Shown here in pieces: positions 37,787 through 49,774 of a stretch of 64,000 bases of DNA. Source of the DNA: Schmidtea nova (taxonomy: Eukaryota); assembly GCA_044892505.1 (NCBI GenBank), contig CM097883.1, positions 22,134,001 through 22,198,000 on the forward strand, given 5' to 3'. The position numbers and the translations under genes were made by a program. The notes under the pieces were generated by a model. The model had not been told where the DNA came from, ran no database searches, and worked only from the letters and a program-made list of their open reading frames with translations. The stretch's first letter is position 1, and every line of letters starts with the position of its first letter.

Positions 37787-38084
37787 AGATTCATCTGATA
37801 ATGATTGAAGTTAAGATTCTGTTGCCTCTTCTGACACCTATTAATAATATTTTAAATATAAGGAATTTATTATATTAAAAGAAATTATAAGTATTTAAAA
37901 TAATTGATTTATTTAATCGTGTTTATACATAACGTGTTTCCACGTATTTTAACATGATGCGTTAAAACAAACGAGAACATATAAAAATAGTAACTACAAG
38001 AGTTACTTACAGGCGAAGGGGGTCAAAGATTGTGTGGGCAAGGGATCGGAAAATTATTTTTAATTTATTAATGACGCAGCGGTG

Positions 38085-38325
38085 TGACTCATTGATGACT
38101 CATCAAAAAAATTATGACTCATCGATGACTCATTATTTTTAATTTTTTAACTTGTATTTTTTTTTTAAATTTTGGATTTTTCTGACTCATCTATTATTCA
38201 CCTATGACTCATCAAAAGTTTTTTTTTAATTTTTAAAATTTTTAAATGAATAATCATAATTTTGATGACTCATCGTTATGATTCATTGATAACTTATTTG
38301 AATTTTGAATTTTATGACGTCATCT
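38085..38325. promoter_or_regulatory. Cluster of 7 AP-1 (TGACTCA) sites and 1 CRE (TGACGTCA) site
   Basis: Counted directly; homologous to the cluster at 58970-59149. Confidence 0.6.
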
Positions 38326-38772
38326 GTGATTCATTTAAAATTTAAACAAAATAATAAAAATTTTAAAATTTAGAGTACCAAGGTAAAATTTGATATCATT
38401 CCAAAAGCCTTCGCGAGCTGCACATGATAGTCTTATTTTTTAAAGTGTGTGATCAAAAAAAATTTTTGAAATAAAAATAAAAAATTCAAATTTTTTTCAA
38501 ACAGATTATATTTTTAATTGAACACGTTTTTTCATGGTCATAACAAACAAGGCTCAAAATATTTAAAACTATGTATATCAAAAGCGTTGATGGTGTGCAA
38601 ATATAATTTCATACCAATTTTAAAACACGACATTGCAAGTTAACAAAACCATTGCATTGGGTATTAAATAAATTAATAAATAAGTAACAAAAAATTTTAT
38701 TAAGTGAGAAAATTTTCGATTATATGTTTCTATAAAGAAGGAAAGTTACTCACAAAAATCCAGTGAATCTAA

Positions 38773-39173
38773 CAACGAGTTCAATATTTTCTTCACCTTG
38801 AACAACATAGACAAGCGTTAGGTATAAGACTAGAAAGTCATAGATTGGACATGTTTGAAAGGGTCATTCAAGCGATAGAAGATAAATAGGAGAGTTTTCA
38901 ATACGAATGTAAGAGCTCAATGACATTAGTCGGAAACAAATCATTAAATAATCTAATTATTCAAAAGCTAGTTCAGTAGTATATGACACTCCCAAGTGTG
39001 AATTATATTAACATGTGTCAATGCTCAATTTTCTTGGATGATTCTCAAAAAACTTGTTAAATCCTTAAACGGCTAATCGTGGCATCTGATGACACATATG
39101 TAATAGCTTATCAATTGGTATTTGATATGCATGAAAATGATACACGACACTATATGTATAAAGTTCGATCATA
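38773..39173 (+). pseudogene. PSMD1: 26S proteasome subunit Rpn2/PSMD1 N-terminal fragment with three internal stops
   Basis: RQALGIRLESHRLDMFERVI..YINMCQCSIFLDDSQKTC*ILKRL..IAYQLVFDMHE matches PSMD1 (QAIGIALETRRLDVFEK..FINVCQCLIFLDDP..AYQICFDLYE). Confidence 0.85.
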
Positions 39174-39369
39174 ATTCTCTAACATACAATCTTTTGATTT
39201 TACTCGATTTTTGATTATGACTCATCGATTACGTAACTTACTTTGTGCTGGAATCCTCTTTTCTATCTACTGTTCAGGTATATAATTTAATTAACTATTT
39301 CTTTTATTAATTTCTATGAATTGCTAGCACCTCTTTGGTAAGCCTTTAATTTTGACTAGTGCATAGTTA

Positions 39370-39454
39370 CAGTGAAACCTCCATATGTTTAACACCTCCA
39401 TATATTCTATATTTATGTCACCGTTTGAGTGTTCAGCATATGAAGATTTCACTG
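39370..39454. mobile_element. 85-bp TA-flanked MITE
   Basis: TA-CAGTGAAACCTCCATATGTTTAACAC...GTGTTCAGCATATGAAGATTTCACTG-TA; truncated in the duplicate copy at 25793-25851. Confidence 0.75.
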
Positions 39455-39790
39455 TACTTTTATGCAACCCCAGCACTAATGTTGCATAAGATACAATCAT
39501 ATTTATGCACCAAGCTAATTGCAATGCTGAAATGATCGCAAAGCCCAAATGTCATTTAAGGACCTCTGGTGGATATAGTAAAACAATTTTTTTATTAAAA
39601 TTATGAATAAAAAGATTTCTTTGATTTTCATTTCTCTGTCCATGGAAATTAAAACAAATTTATTTTTTGGGGGAAATGTTTATGTTAATCAATCCAGGAG
39701 CCAGACTGAGTCTAATTAGAACCGTCGAAAACGTTATAAATTCAATGGAAACAAGACAGAATTCAGTTGGGGTTTCTTTCAATCAGCAAA

Positions 39791-40055
39791 ATGAGGGTGA
39801 GGATTTCGTTTAATTTTAATAATTTTCATTTTTTGTTTTAATTCAGGCCTATTTTGTGCTTATTTTGATAATTACACTGCAAATGATGGAGGACGTTTCT
39901 TCCTCATGTAATAATTTGTTTTGAAATCTAAATTTAATAATATTTTGATAGGTGTAGGAAAATACAAAATTGTAGATTTTGACGGTTGTAAAAAATGTTG
40001 TAGTGGTTGTAATGCGTCCTCTTGTCAGGAAAATATGACTTGTGAATGTTTGTAG
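39791..40055 (+). CDS. Secreted 8-Cys peptide P7, 56 aa (exons 39791-39796, 39847-39907, 39952-40055)
   Basis: MRAYFVLILIITLQMMEDVSSSCVGKYKIVDFDGCKKCCSGCNASSCQENMTCECL*. Confidence 0.85.
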
Positions 40056-40739
40056 GCGATGGTCATAGGAACTTTGCTCTTTTCGAATATACTAAAGGAT
40101 ATGTCAAGATTAATTAGTCCTGACACCTATATCTATTATTATATTTGTTTATTTGATCTTTGTATTGCAGTATGTTATTGTCTATTTTGACATTGAGATT
40201 AACTGGCGCCTTAAAAAGGATTCATTTAAACAAAATAATATCCTTCCATAAGATGAAAAAAACAAGTAATAACACTAAATAAAATTAAATTCAACGAATT
40301 TATTTATAATTAATTAAAAATTTTTTAATTAATAATTTTTATTTGTAAAACTATTTTAAACGTGTATTAATTTATAAGCGTATTACTATTCAATTGTGAT
40401 TGGCTGATAACGGAAATACATTCCGTATTCAGTGTTAGTTGATCTGATTTTATTCAAGGTTTAAAACTTTAGCAGCATTTCTTGGTAAACTCTAATGATC
40501 ACTGCTTAATTTAATTTCATTTGTCGTTCCAGTTTCATAAATTTTCAACATTCTCAAGTAAACCTTTTGACAGCTAAGATGGTATAAATCTGCTGAATTT
40601 CCGTCACACCAACATCTTCCTACCTCCCTCTCTGTGGCTCACTTTACAACGAAAAGTAAAACAGAATAATTTAACTGAAATAGTAAGATTTTACCCTGTC
40701 ATATATAGGCCAAGCCCCCTAGGAAAAATTATTTTGATG

Positions 40740-41200
40740 TAGGTCAATATAAGGACACTTTAAGGTCAAACTTTCGCTCAAGATCACTTTAAGAACACTT
40801 TAAGTAAATTTAAGTTCAATTTTATGGTTTAAGGATACTTTAAGGTCAAAAAAGTCACTCAATGTCGATTGAGGTCACTTTAGGGTCATTTTCTAAGGTG
40901 AATTTAAGGTCAAATTTAGACGGTCACATGAAAAATTAAAATATTATAATTTAAGATCAATTTAAGGTCAAATAAATTAGCTCATATATTAAAATATTAT
41001 TTTTAAAGTCAAATTAGGTACTTTAGATATGATAAAAATTAATATTTAAAGACAAATTAAGTAGGTCAAATATGAAAAAATAAATATTTAAAGACAAATT
41101 AAGTAGGTTATATAAGAAAAAATTAAATATTTAAAGATAAATTAGGTACTTTATATTTGAAAAATTAAATATTTAAAGACAAATTAAGTAGGTCATTGTT
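40740..41200. repeat. Degenerate AAGGTCA-rich tandem array
   Basis: About eight AGGTCA copies in repetitive context, followed by AAATATTTAAAGACAAATTAAGTAGG units. Confidence 0.7.
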
Positions 41201-41399
41201 AATGCTGTATTTTTATTGCTGTGATTATCATTATTATTATGATTGTAAATGCTGTATATATTTTTTTTGTAGTGATTATTATTTTGGCTATTATTATTAA
41301 TAAGGGCGTCCTTTCGGACACAGGATGACCCCCCTCTTTTATGTATTATTTTGTTATTTTCGGCAATTATCCCTTGAAAATTTCAAAATAAAAAAGCAA

Positions 41400-41600
41400 T
41401 AAAGTCAAAGGGGTTACATTGCATGGAACTGATATAAAACATCAATCTTATATTGATTGTTGATAAATAATTGCGTTTTTAATGTACCTCAAACACGGAT
41501 AGGGACTAAAAATCATCAGTTGTTTACTTTTAAAAATTATAAAACAGCATTAAGTAACAACGATGACAAACGTCAATGGGTGTTGAACCCTATTAGCATA
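41400..41600 (+). pseudogene. Third pPolB remnant (C-terminus)
   Basis: KVKGVTLHGTDIKHQSYIDC..KNHQLFT..ALSNNDDKRQWV vs the intact KAKGVCLKDTNLKHRSYLDC..KNHQIFT..ALTNLDDKRLWV. Confidence 0.8.
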
Positions 41601-41859
41601 ACCTTAGTAGCAGAACATTGGTAACAGAACCTCTTTTTTGATGGTTCTTATCTGCAAAAGCTTCATTCAATATTTTATTGATTAATAAGTGTGTGTAATT
41701 AATTAGTATATATGCCAGTTATTTTTCATTTATATTTAAAAAATTAAACTTTATCAGTATGTGTCCCCATCAGATTCAGTCCCCCCCCCGAAATTATATA
41801 ACAATTGACCTATGACATATGTTACACAACAAATTTCATAATAATGTATAATAATAGGC

Positions 41860-42900
41860 ACCGGTTATATAATATTTGCCCCAAATTACGTTATATTTAG
41901 TGAGGTTAGCTCATATTTAACCCAATAACGTAATATTTGACTCAGGTTACGTCAAATTAGACCCAAATTACATCACATTCATCCCAGTTATGTCACCGTT
42001 GACCTCGATTACATCAAATTTTCCCCCCAATTATGTCGCATTTCCCCCAATTATGTTATATTTGAATGCAATTGCATCATACTTAACCCCAATTACATTA
42101 TATTTGACTCAGTTAAATTATGATTGTCCCCCATATTTGTCCCTCAATTATATGAACATTACCCAATTACACCATAATTCTTCCCAATTACGTTATACTA
42201 TACATTTATTGTCCAATTCTTGACCTTTGATCTCAATTACATCATCAGTGACATTTAACTTATGTTGCGTCATATTTGACCTTTGACCCATGTTGATCTT
42301 TGCATGTTTACCTTTAGTTTCTATGTGGTGACACGCGTACTCACTTACGCACGCGCGTACTTACTTACATGCATGGTAACTCATTTATATAATCAGTGCA
42401 ACGTGACAGATTATGTAACCTTGCGTAATAATTAACCCGTTTTCATAACATTTGACCCCAATTACGTCCTTTTTGAGGCCGATTAATTCATATATGACTC
42501 CAATTACATCATATTTGACCCTATTTATGTCATATTTGTCCCAGTTATGTTATACTTGACCCCGATTATGCCATATGTGACCTCAATTACGTCGCACTTG
42601 ACGTTGTTATTTTATATTTTACCCCAATTGCATCATAATTGACACCGATTGCAACATATTTCTCCTTATAATTACTTCATATTTGACCTTTATTGTATTA
42701 TTCTTTACCTTCCACCCACTGTTTTATCACCCTTGACCTTTGATCCCTGTTGCATCATATTTGACCTTTGGCCAAAGTTGACTTTTACGCCTTGACCTTT
42801 AGTTGCTATGTAGTGACACGCGTATTCACTTAGGCACACTCGTACTTACTTACGCATACATGGTAACTCATTTACATAATCACTACACGCTCACAACACA
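41860..42900. repeat. Degenerate ~21-bp minisatellite (CAATTACGTCATATTTGACCC-like) with an internal ~180-bp duplication
   Basis: Units read directly; 42220-42400 is duplicated at ~42710-42890. Confidence 0.75.
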
Positions 42901-43149
42901 TTATCAATTCTACTCTCACTTTTACTACACGGAACCACTGTACCACTATACCACTGAACCACTGAACAACTTTGCACAACTGTGTAGTTGATCAATCAAA
43001 TGATTATTACTTTTCAAAATCTGTCGGATTAATTAAGATCTACTTATATAATTATTAAATTCTATAAATGCATAGTTACATATCTGGACTAACTTTCATA
43101 TTATTTGCACAAGGATAATGAAAACATTAATGCATGTATGAAATTTTGA

Positions 43150-43433
43150 AATAATAATTTATTTAATCAAAGTAAATTAATAAATCAATCATTTGATTTA
43201 AAAGAAACATGTTGTTGCAATCAATAGTGTTGATTAAAATCAACAAGAAATTATCTCGCAATGAAACAATATTTATCAACAACAGGAAAACGTACTTCCA
43301 TGATTCATTTCAATCCGTTGAATTTATGGATAATGAAAATTGTTTAATCGATGTATCGATTCAAGACTATAAAGTAGATCCAAAAGAATCAATGTCTCCG
43401 ATTTGGAAAATCAACAGTGCTATAATTGCTTAA
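43150..43433 (+). pseudogene. Homolog of the Polinton accessory gene at 595-1123
   Basis: IDVSIQDYKVDPKESMSPIWKIN vs IQIILQGFKQTENVIKPIWKIT. Confidence 0.5.
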
Positions 43434-43999
43434 TGTATTTTTAATAAATGTATTGTAAATAAATGTTGATAGTCAGTTTTTCGAAATTTTTAAAAGATTT
43501 GATTTGTGGTGACCTTAATGTGACCTTGCTTCTTGATGACCTTGACCTTAGCTTGACTTTGACCTTAAGTTGACCTTGACATTTGTTTTTAAAATTACCT
43601 TAAAATTAAAAATAAATTTTGATGACTCATCGCTCATGTGTGCAAAATAAATCTTTTTTTGGGGGTGTGCGACAGAAAAAGTAATTCCAAGGGGATCTCT
43701 CGATTTTTATTGGCTGCATACATACAATGATGTCATATGTCTTTGTTCCCCCGTTCACACTTCCCCCTACTCTCAACAATATATCTACTGGAAGATAATT
43801 GCAACGTAAACTCATCATGATTTTATTAACATAATCCTTGAATTTAAAAATTAAAAATTATTAATAATTTTCTGAAAATTAAATATTTAATTTTAAAATA
43901 TTTTAATTCAGCACATATTGATAATATATTATTAATAAATATTAAATGTTATTAACTCTTTAATCATTCAAAATACACAAAAAAACAAACATAATTTAC

Positions 44000-44420
44000 A
44001 GATCTACTCCATGGCAAAATCATTAGATGTTTTAGTTCTGTTTCAGGGTTTTATATTTCTCTCCATTTTTTTGCTCCGTTTTAGTGGGCCTGTGACGCTT
44101 GGCTGTAAAAAAAATTGTGGTAGAAATTTCTGGTGGAAATAATTCTGCCAATTTTGAAGGGATTCACAAAGTATCGGCAGTTGGTAGTCCGTATTCGACA
44201 CGGTATCGATAGATTTCTTGATCTTTTTCTTTTAAAACGATCTCCAGCGCTTGTCGCCAATTCTCGCTAGCCCTCTTCCAATTGCTTTTGCATCGATTGG
44301 AGCTGTTTTTGAGTTACTTTCATTCTTTCAGACAAACCCATATTGTCTCTATAAATTTTAAACCGCTGCTGGAATTCTTGGTTTTCTTTTTCCAAGTTTT
44401 TGTTTTTTTTGTTTAAAATT
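44000..44420 (-). pseudogene. Decayed homolog of the coiled-coil ORF 14953-15507
   Basis: Coiled-coil EKENQEFQQRFK..QKQLEEG* then LKEKDQEIYRYRVEYGL..AELFP; stops and frameshifts. Confidence 0.45.
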
Positions 44421-45352
44421 GAGTTTGTTGAAATTTGTCATAGCTTTTTACAGATCAAATGTGTTTAATGTGCGGCCAGTTTCCATTTTTGTATGGCTAT
44501 TACCATGGTGATTAAAGTATTTTAAAAAATATTTTGTTACATTTAATTTCCGTGCTTTTGTAATATTTAACCATCTATGATAATCAATACAGGTTTGTGT
44601 TGTCAGAGCACTGTTATTTTATTGGTCAAATAAAGCATGCTTGGAGTCAGGTTATTAATTGGTAATTTTATAATTCATCAACAACAAATAACTCTACAAG
44701 ATTCTTTGTTTTATTTTGACTTTAATTTAGTTATAAAACATTGTAAAATTATTTATATTATTATTTTTCACGATATTTATTTACAAACACCAAAAGTTGT
44801 GTTGGCAGCTTTCTGCACAAGCCTTGCGGCAACAAAATTTGAAACAATAATCATCTTTATTTCGAACGATCTCACCAGACTCAATACCTAAATAAAAGAA
44901 TTTCCAATTAAAATACAAATATTAGACATTAATAATGTAAAAAAAATAATTTGACACTTTCAATAAAAGATTTTAATCTTCTTTTTTGAGCTTTTGTCAC
45001 TTTTGTTTTTACTCTCATTCTTTCAGTTATAAATCACAATTTCTCTAACAGTCTTTAAATGTCAAATTATTTTGTTGGAAAGGAAATTTCAGAACTTCAA
45101 AGCTGAAAGATTTGATCTCCCGAAACTGTTAGTAATTATCATATGCTATTATTTGCATATTATTATTTATTAATATCTTCTCATAAAAACGTCCTTGTAA
45201 TTCTACTACACCAATATCTGAGTATATGGCCTTAAAAACAAATAAAAACAAAAGTATGACTGCAAAGAAAAGAAGAATAGTGGACGAAAATAGTATCACT
45301 ATTATTATATTACCATTGTTTACATGTAAGAATAATAGTAAACACAATAATA

Positions 45353-46338
45353 TTAGGTTGTCCTGAATGAAATGTCCGAATAATATATTATAATTTTAAA
45401 TCATCATAACTATTTTTTATTTAAAACTTATTTCTTTATTTTAAAGTTCATTAGAAAGCGCTTATTTCAGATTCAAATATTAAGTAAGATTTATAATAAT
45501 TTAATTACGATAAATTTCATTTTCAAATAGAAATGTACAAGTTATAAAATCATGATTTGAGACTTCTTTATTTATATGAGTGGAAATCAAAGAATTATTC
45601 AGTTGAGGTGGAGAGAAATATTAATAATGCTTTTGGGAGTGATACAGTTAATGAAAGAAATATTAGGTGTTAGTTTAAAAGATGTGATTAGGGAGAAATT
45701 GATCTTGAAAATATGCCTCGCGGTAGACCCAATATCAAGCTGTCGGAGGAAGATTTACGTGAAGCTATTGCTCAAACTCCAACAAAACCTGTTTGAGAAC
45801 TTGCTATAGATCTGTCTCTTTCAAAAACAATCGTTTATGACAATTTAAAGACAATTGGTATGGCCTAAAAGCTTCAAAAATGGCTCCCACAAGAATTGAC
45901 TGAATTGCAGAAATTAAACAGATTACAAACTTGCTTATCTCTTCAAGCAGGACATCGAAAGTCATCTTTCCTTAATAATATTATTATTTGCGATGAAAAA
46001 TAGACCAAATTAGATAATCGTAAGTGATTAATGGAATGGTTGGATAAACCTTACTCACCCGATCTATCAACAACTGATTTCCACTTATTTAGACATTTAA
46101 GTCTTTATATCAAGGGCAGGAAGTTCAAAGATTTGGAGGAGATAAAATCAACAGTTATCAATTTCTTGGACTTCAGGCATGAAACACTATTTAAAGAAGG
46201 TATAGAAAAGCTCCAGCAACAATTACAAGAGTGTTTTAATGTTGATGGATCATTTTTTTGATTAAATAATAAATGTTTAAATATATTTGTATGTCTTTTG
46301 AATTACAATCCATTTAGCGGACATTTCTGACAACCTAA
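45353..46338 (+). mobile_element. Internally deleted mariner (DD34D-type) element
   Basis: TIR TTAGGTTGTC..GAAATGTCCG; WLPQEL (WVPHEL) and YSPDLSTTDFHLF (YSPDLAPSDYHLF); central catalytic region missing; many stops. Confidence 0.88.
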
Positions 46339-47319
46339 TTATTACTCATTATGTTTCAATTTTTCATTCCAATAAAATGTTTATAGTGTATCTAAATATA
46401 ATATTGGGACATATAATTTTATACGTGGCCCTCGGAGTTATGACGCATTTCCAAAGTGGCCCGCAAGATCATTTGAGTTGGCCATCTTGATCTATAGTCA
46501 TACAATTATGAAAATTATTGCTTCAAAAAAATACCAGAAGGATAAAGTTTGTTTTCCATAAAATTTAATTTTTTTTAAATATGTTAAAATTGTAATTAGC
46601 ATCTTAAAATCAGTACATGTTACAAAAACATTATTCATCGGCTAAATCAAACACATCAGCAGATTCTCCCGGAAAATCAACCAATTCCTGGACATTATTT
46701 GATAATTTTTGTTTGTTTTGGTCATACTATTTGGATAATCATGCTATCAATTAGTGCGACCAAAACAAAATTATATCCGTTAATTAAACTTTAATTAATT
46801 AATATATTCTCACAATTAAAAAAGTATTATTTTTATAAATATGATTTAAAATTAGAATAAATTTAGTTAAATAATAGAAAATATAAAAATTATTAGAGTT
46901 AAAGAAATACATATTTTTAATCTTTCATATGTGTAGATAAAAATTAAAAAACAATTATGGGTTTATAGGTATATTACTTACCACGATGACTAGCAATAAA
47001 ATTGCGTTCAGTGTCCCCATATACCTTTTAATGCAGGGGTTGTCAAAGTGCGGCTCTCAAACTGTTGAAATGCGGCTCGCAAACCGCAAATGTAAGATCG
47101 AATATCTTAATTTTAAAAACTATTTTGTATTTTTATTAAAAAACAAGATCAGTTCTAATCAATTCAGGCCAAACGCAAACCTATTTCTACTTCTGACTTT
47201 CATTTGTTTTATTTAATAGTTAATGTAATTATATTATACTGGACATACATTATTTGTTATATATATGTGTATATATATGTGTGTGTGTGTGTGTGTGTAA
47301 AATTCACCTTTTAGGTAGA

Positions 47320-48134
47320 ACTGTTGTTTTTTGTCTCGAAATGGTATGTATTAGAAATTTGTCAGGACCCAAAAGAGTCTCCCAAAGAAAGTGAATTGTG
47401 GGAACAATTGGGGTGCAGGTTATATATCTATTGGGTGCGTGTAAACCCTATAAAGTACAACAATAAAATAACGGAAATTAATTATGTTATTATAAAATTT
47501 TATTATTTAACTTATTAAAAAATCAAAAATAACAACTTTATAACTTCAGTAAACCGTATATATTAATTAAAAGTTACTTTGAGGATAAATCAGATATACT
47601 TCTTTTGTGAATATTCTTTCGATTTTAACTATCGGATGTACAGAATAATCTTTCTAATTTCACTTTTCTGTATTGGGAATATATTAGTTTTTTGTATTTA
47701 GAATCCACGAACTTTCTAAACTTTCTATATTTAATCTTCGGGTATCCTTCGGATATTTCGGTATCTGGAATCTTTTAACTTTTCAAACTTTCTCACATTT
47801 CGGATATTCAGAATAATCTTTCCAATTTTAATTGTATCGTATTTGTCGGTGTAAAATTTTAATTGTTTTGAAACTTCAATCTTTAAATTTTCTTTTTCTA
47901 TGCTGCTAATTTGTTTCTATAGTTTATTATTTTATTTTTCAAAAAAAAATCAATTTTTCTAATTTGTCAATTTGGCTTACTATAGCATTTGCTATAGTAA
48001 TCCAAATTCGAAATTCAAATTCAAATAATTATAATTAGTACAATTATTATTACCACCATCAACACAATCGCCTACAAATAATTGGGGGGGGGGTACAAAA
48101 CCATCACCTTAATAATAATCACACTAAAAATAAA
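47320..48134 (-). repeat. Older diverged LTR related to the adjacent retrotransposon LTRs
   Basis: Shares GT(C)AGGACCC.A.AGAGTC, ATTGTGGG.ACA.T.GGGGTG and the AATTTGGCTTACTATAGC hairpin in the same order and orientation. Confidence 0.65.
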
Positions 48135-48273
48135 NNNNNNNNNNNNNNNNNNNNNNNNNNNNNNNNNNNNNNNNNNNNNNNNNNNNNNNNNNNNNNNNNN
48201 NNNNNNNNNNNNNNNNNNNNNNNNNNNNNNNNNNNNNNNNNNNNNNNNNNNNNNNNNNNNNNNNNNNNNNNNN

Positions 48274-49292
48274 TCACTATTAGTTTTGGTAGTTTGTTTT
48301 TTTAAATGTTTGCGAGTGGGAAGAAGAGTTGTAGGACCCGAGAGAGTCAGCCCGATTATTGTGGGGACACTCGGGGTGTGTGCTATGTATGCGTGTGCGT
48401 GCTAGTATATATTTACAACCAACAACAATAAACTAACAAATTTAAATAATCAACTTTATTTATGCAAAAAGATAAAATTAACAATACTCACTATACTTGT
48501 GCAAAAGGTTTTCTTGATCTCCTTAATTCACGTTTAAATTTGGTTGGTTGCTTCTAGCTTCTTAATTTCTTTTATATAATTTGTTTTTAATATTTAATTT
48601 TCCAATCAATTCTTCTTCTTTAATTCTTTAATTCTTTAATCCTTTAATTCTTTAATTCTTGCTTTAATTTTTTCTTTAATTCTTTCTTTGATTCTTTCTT
48701 TAATTCTAAAGATTCTTTCTTTAATTCTTTAATTCTTTAATTCTTTGATTCTGATTCTTTGATTCTATTATTTTTTTAATTCTTTGATTCTGATTCTTTG
48801 ATTCTATTATTCTTTAATTCTTTGATTCTGATTCTTTGATTCTATTATTCTTTAATTCTTTGATTCTGATTCTTTGATTCTATTATTTTTTTAATTCTTT
48901 GATTCTGATTCTTTGATTCTATTATTCTTTAATTCTTTGATTCTGATTCTTAGATTTTGTTATTCTTTAATTCTTTGATTCTGATTCTTAGATTCTGTTA
49001 TTCTTTAATTCTCTGATTCTAATTCTTGTTATTTTGGTTTTAAAATTTCATTGATTTTTTTCAATTGTCAATTTGGCTTACTATAGCTTTTGCTATAGCA
49101 AGCCAAATTTGAATTTTGAATTGTATAGTAATAATAATAACAATAATAAAAATAAATATTAACATCCACAATGAAAAGAAAAGGGGGGCCCAGGTGACCG
49201 CAAAGGCATCGTCCATAACAATGACGGCGCTTACAACCTCATATACAAATAATCATATAAAAATAACAATAAAATATGACATTCACATAACT
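48274..49292 (-). repeat. 3' LTR (starts AGTTA on the minus strand; distal end in gap)
   Basis: Direct repeat of 51856-52850; contains a TTCTTTGATTCTGATTCTTTGATTCTATTA minisatellite. Confidence 0.9.
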
Positions 49293-49301
49293 TCCCCCTT
49301 T
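49293..49301 (-). promoter_or_regulatory. Polypurine tract
   Basis: AAAGGGGGA immediately before the 3' LTR start AGTTA. Confidence 0.8.
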
Positions 49302-49774
49302 AAAACCGGAGGTTAACAAAAGAATAAAAATTAACATTTATATTTGGATCACATTTACAAATTACTTAAATTTTACATATTTACACAACCGGTAACTTAA
49401 AACTTTTTATTCTTTTTTTTTTTGTTTTATTATGTTTTGTATTTTTGTTTTGTTTTGTTGATTACAATTTAACAACATAAATTACATATTTACATAGAAA
49501 ATAAAAATCTGTACAAATGACTCTGTTGTGCTTGTGTTTTGATTGTGTATGTTTGTGTATTCTTTATTTGAGGCATTCACTGTAGCGTTTTTTGTAAAGG
49601 GGTGTGATTATTGTGTCCTTGTCGAACAGTTTTATTGCATTTTTGTAGTTGAATGTGATGTGTTTGTGTTTTGTTTGAGTCTTTGGTTGTGTCGGGGCTT
49701 TTTCTTTTGTGGGGTTGTTTGAGATGTTTTGCTTGTTGTGGTACGGTTTTGTTTTACGTAAATTTATTCTTGTT

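Noticed and set aside
19109-39173. C-to-T hypermutation (RIP-like) suggested by many probable CAA/CAG to TAA/TAG stops in pseudogenes
   Set aside because: These are the commonest single-transition routes to stop codons; no context bias can be shown without alignments.
24796-40453. 1-kb inverted repeats bracketing 13.5 kb as TIRs of a giant (Polinton-sized) element
   Set aside because: Ends lack AG..CT termini or a TSD, the arms are peptide-gene cassettes that also occur elsewhere in both orientations, and the interior is an unrelated mosaic.
46420-47100. hAT-like end motifs (CAGGGGTTGTCAAAGTGCGGC; also ~9035 and ~53040)
   Set aside because: Only single ends seen; no paired TIRs or 8-bp TSD could be established.
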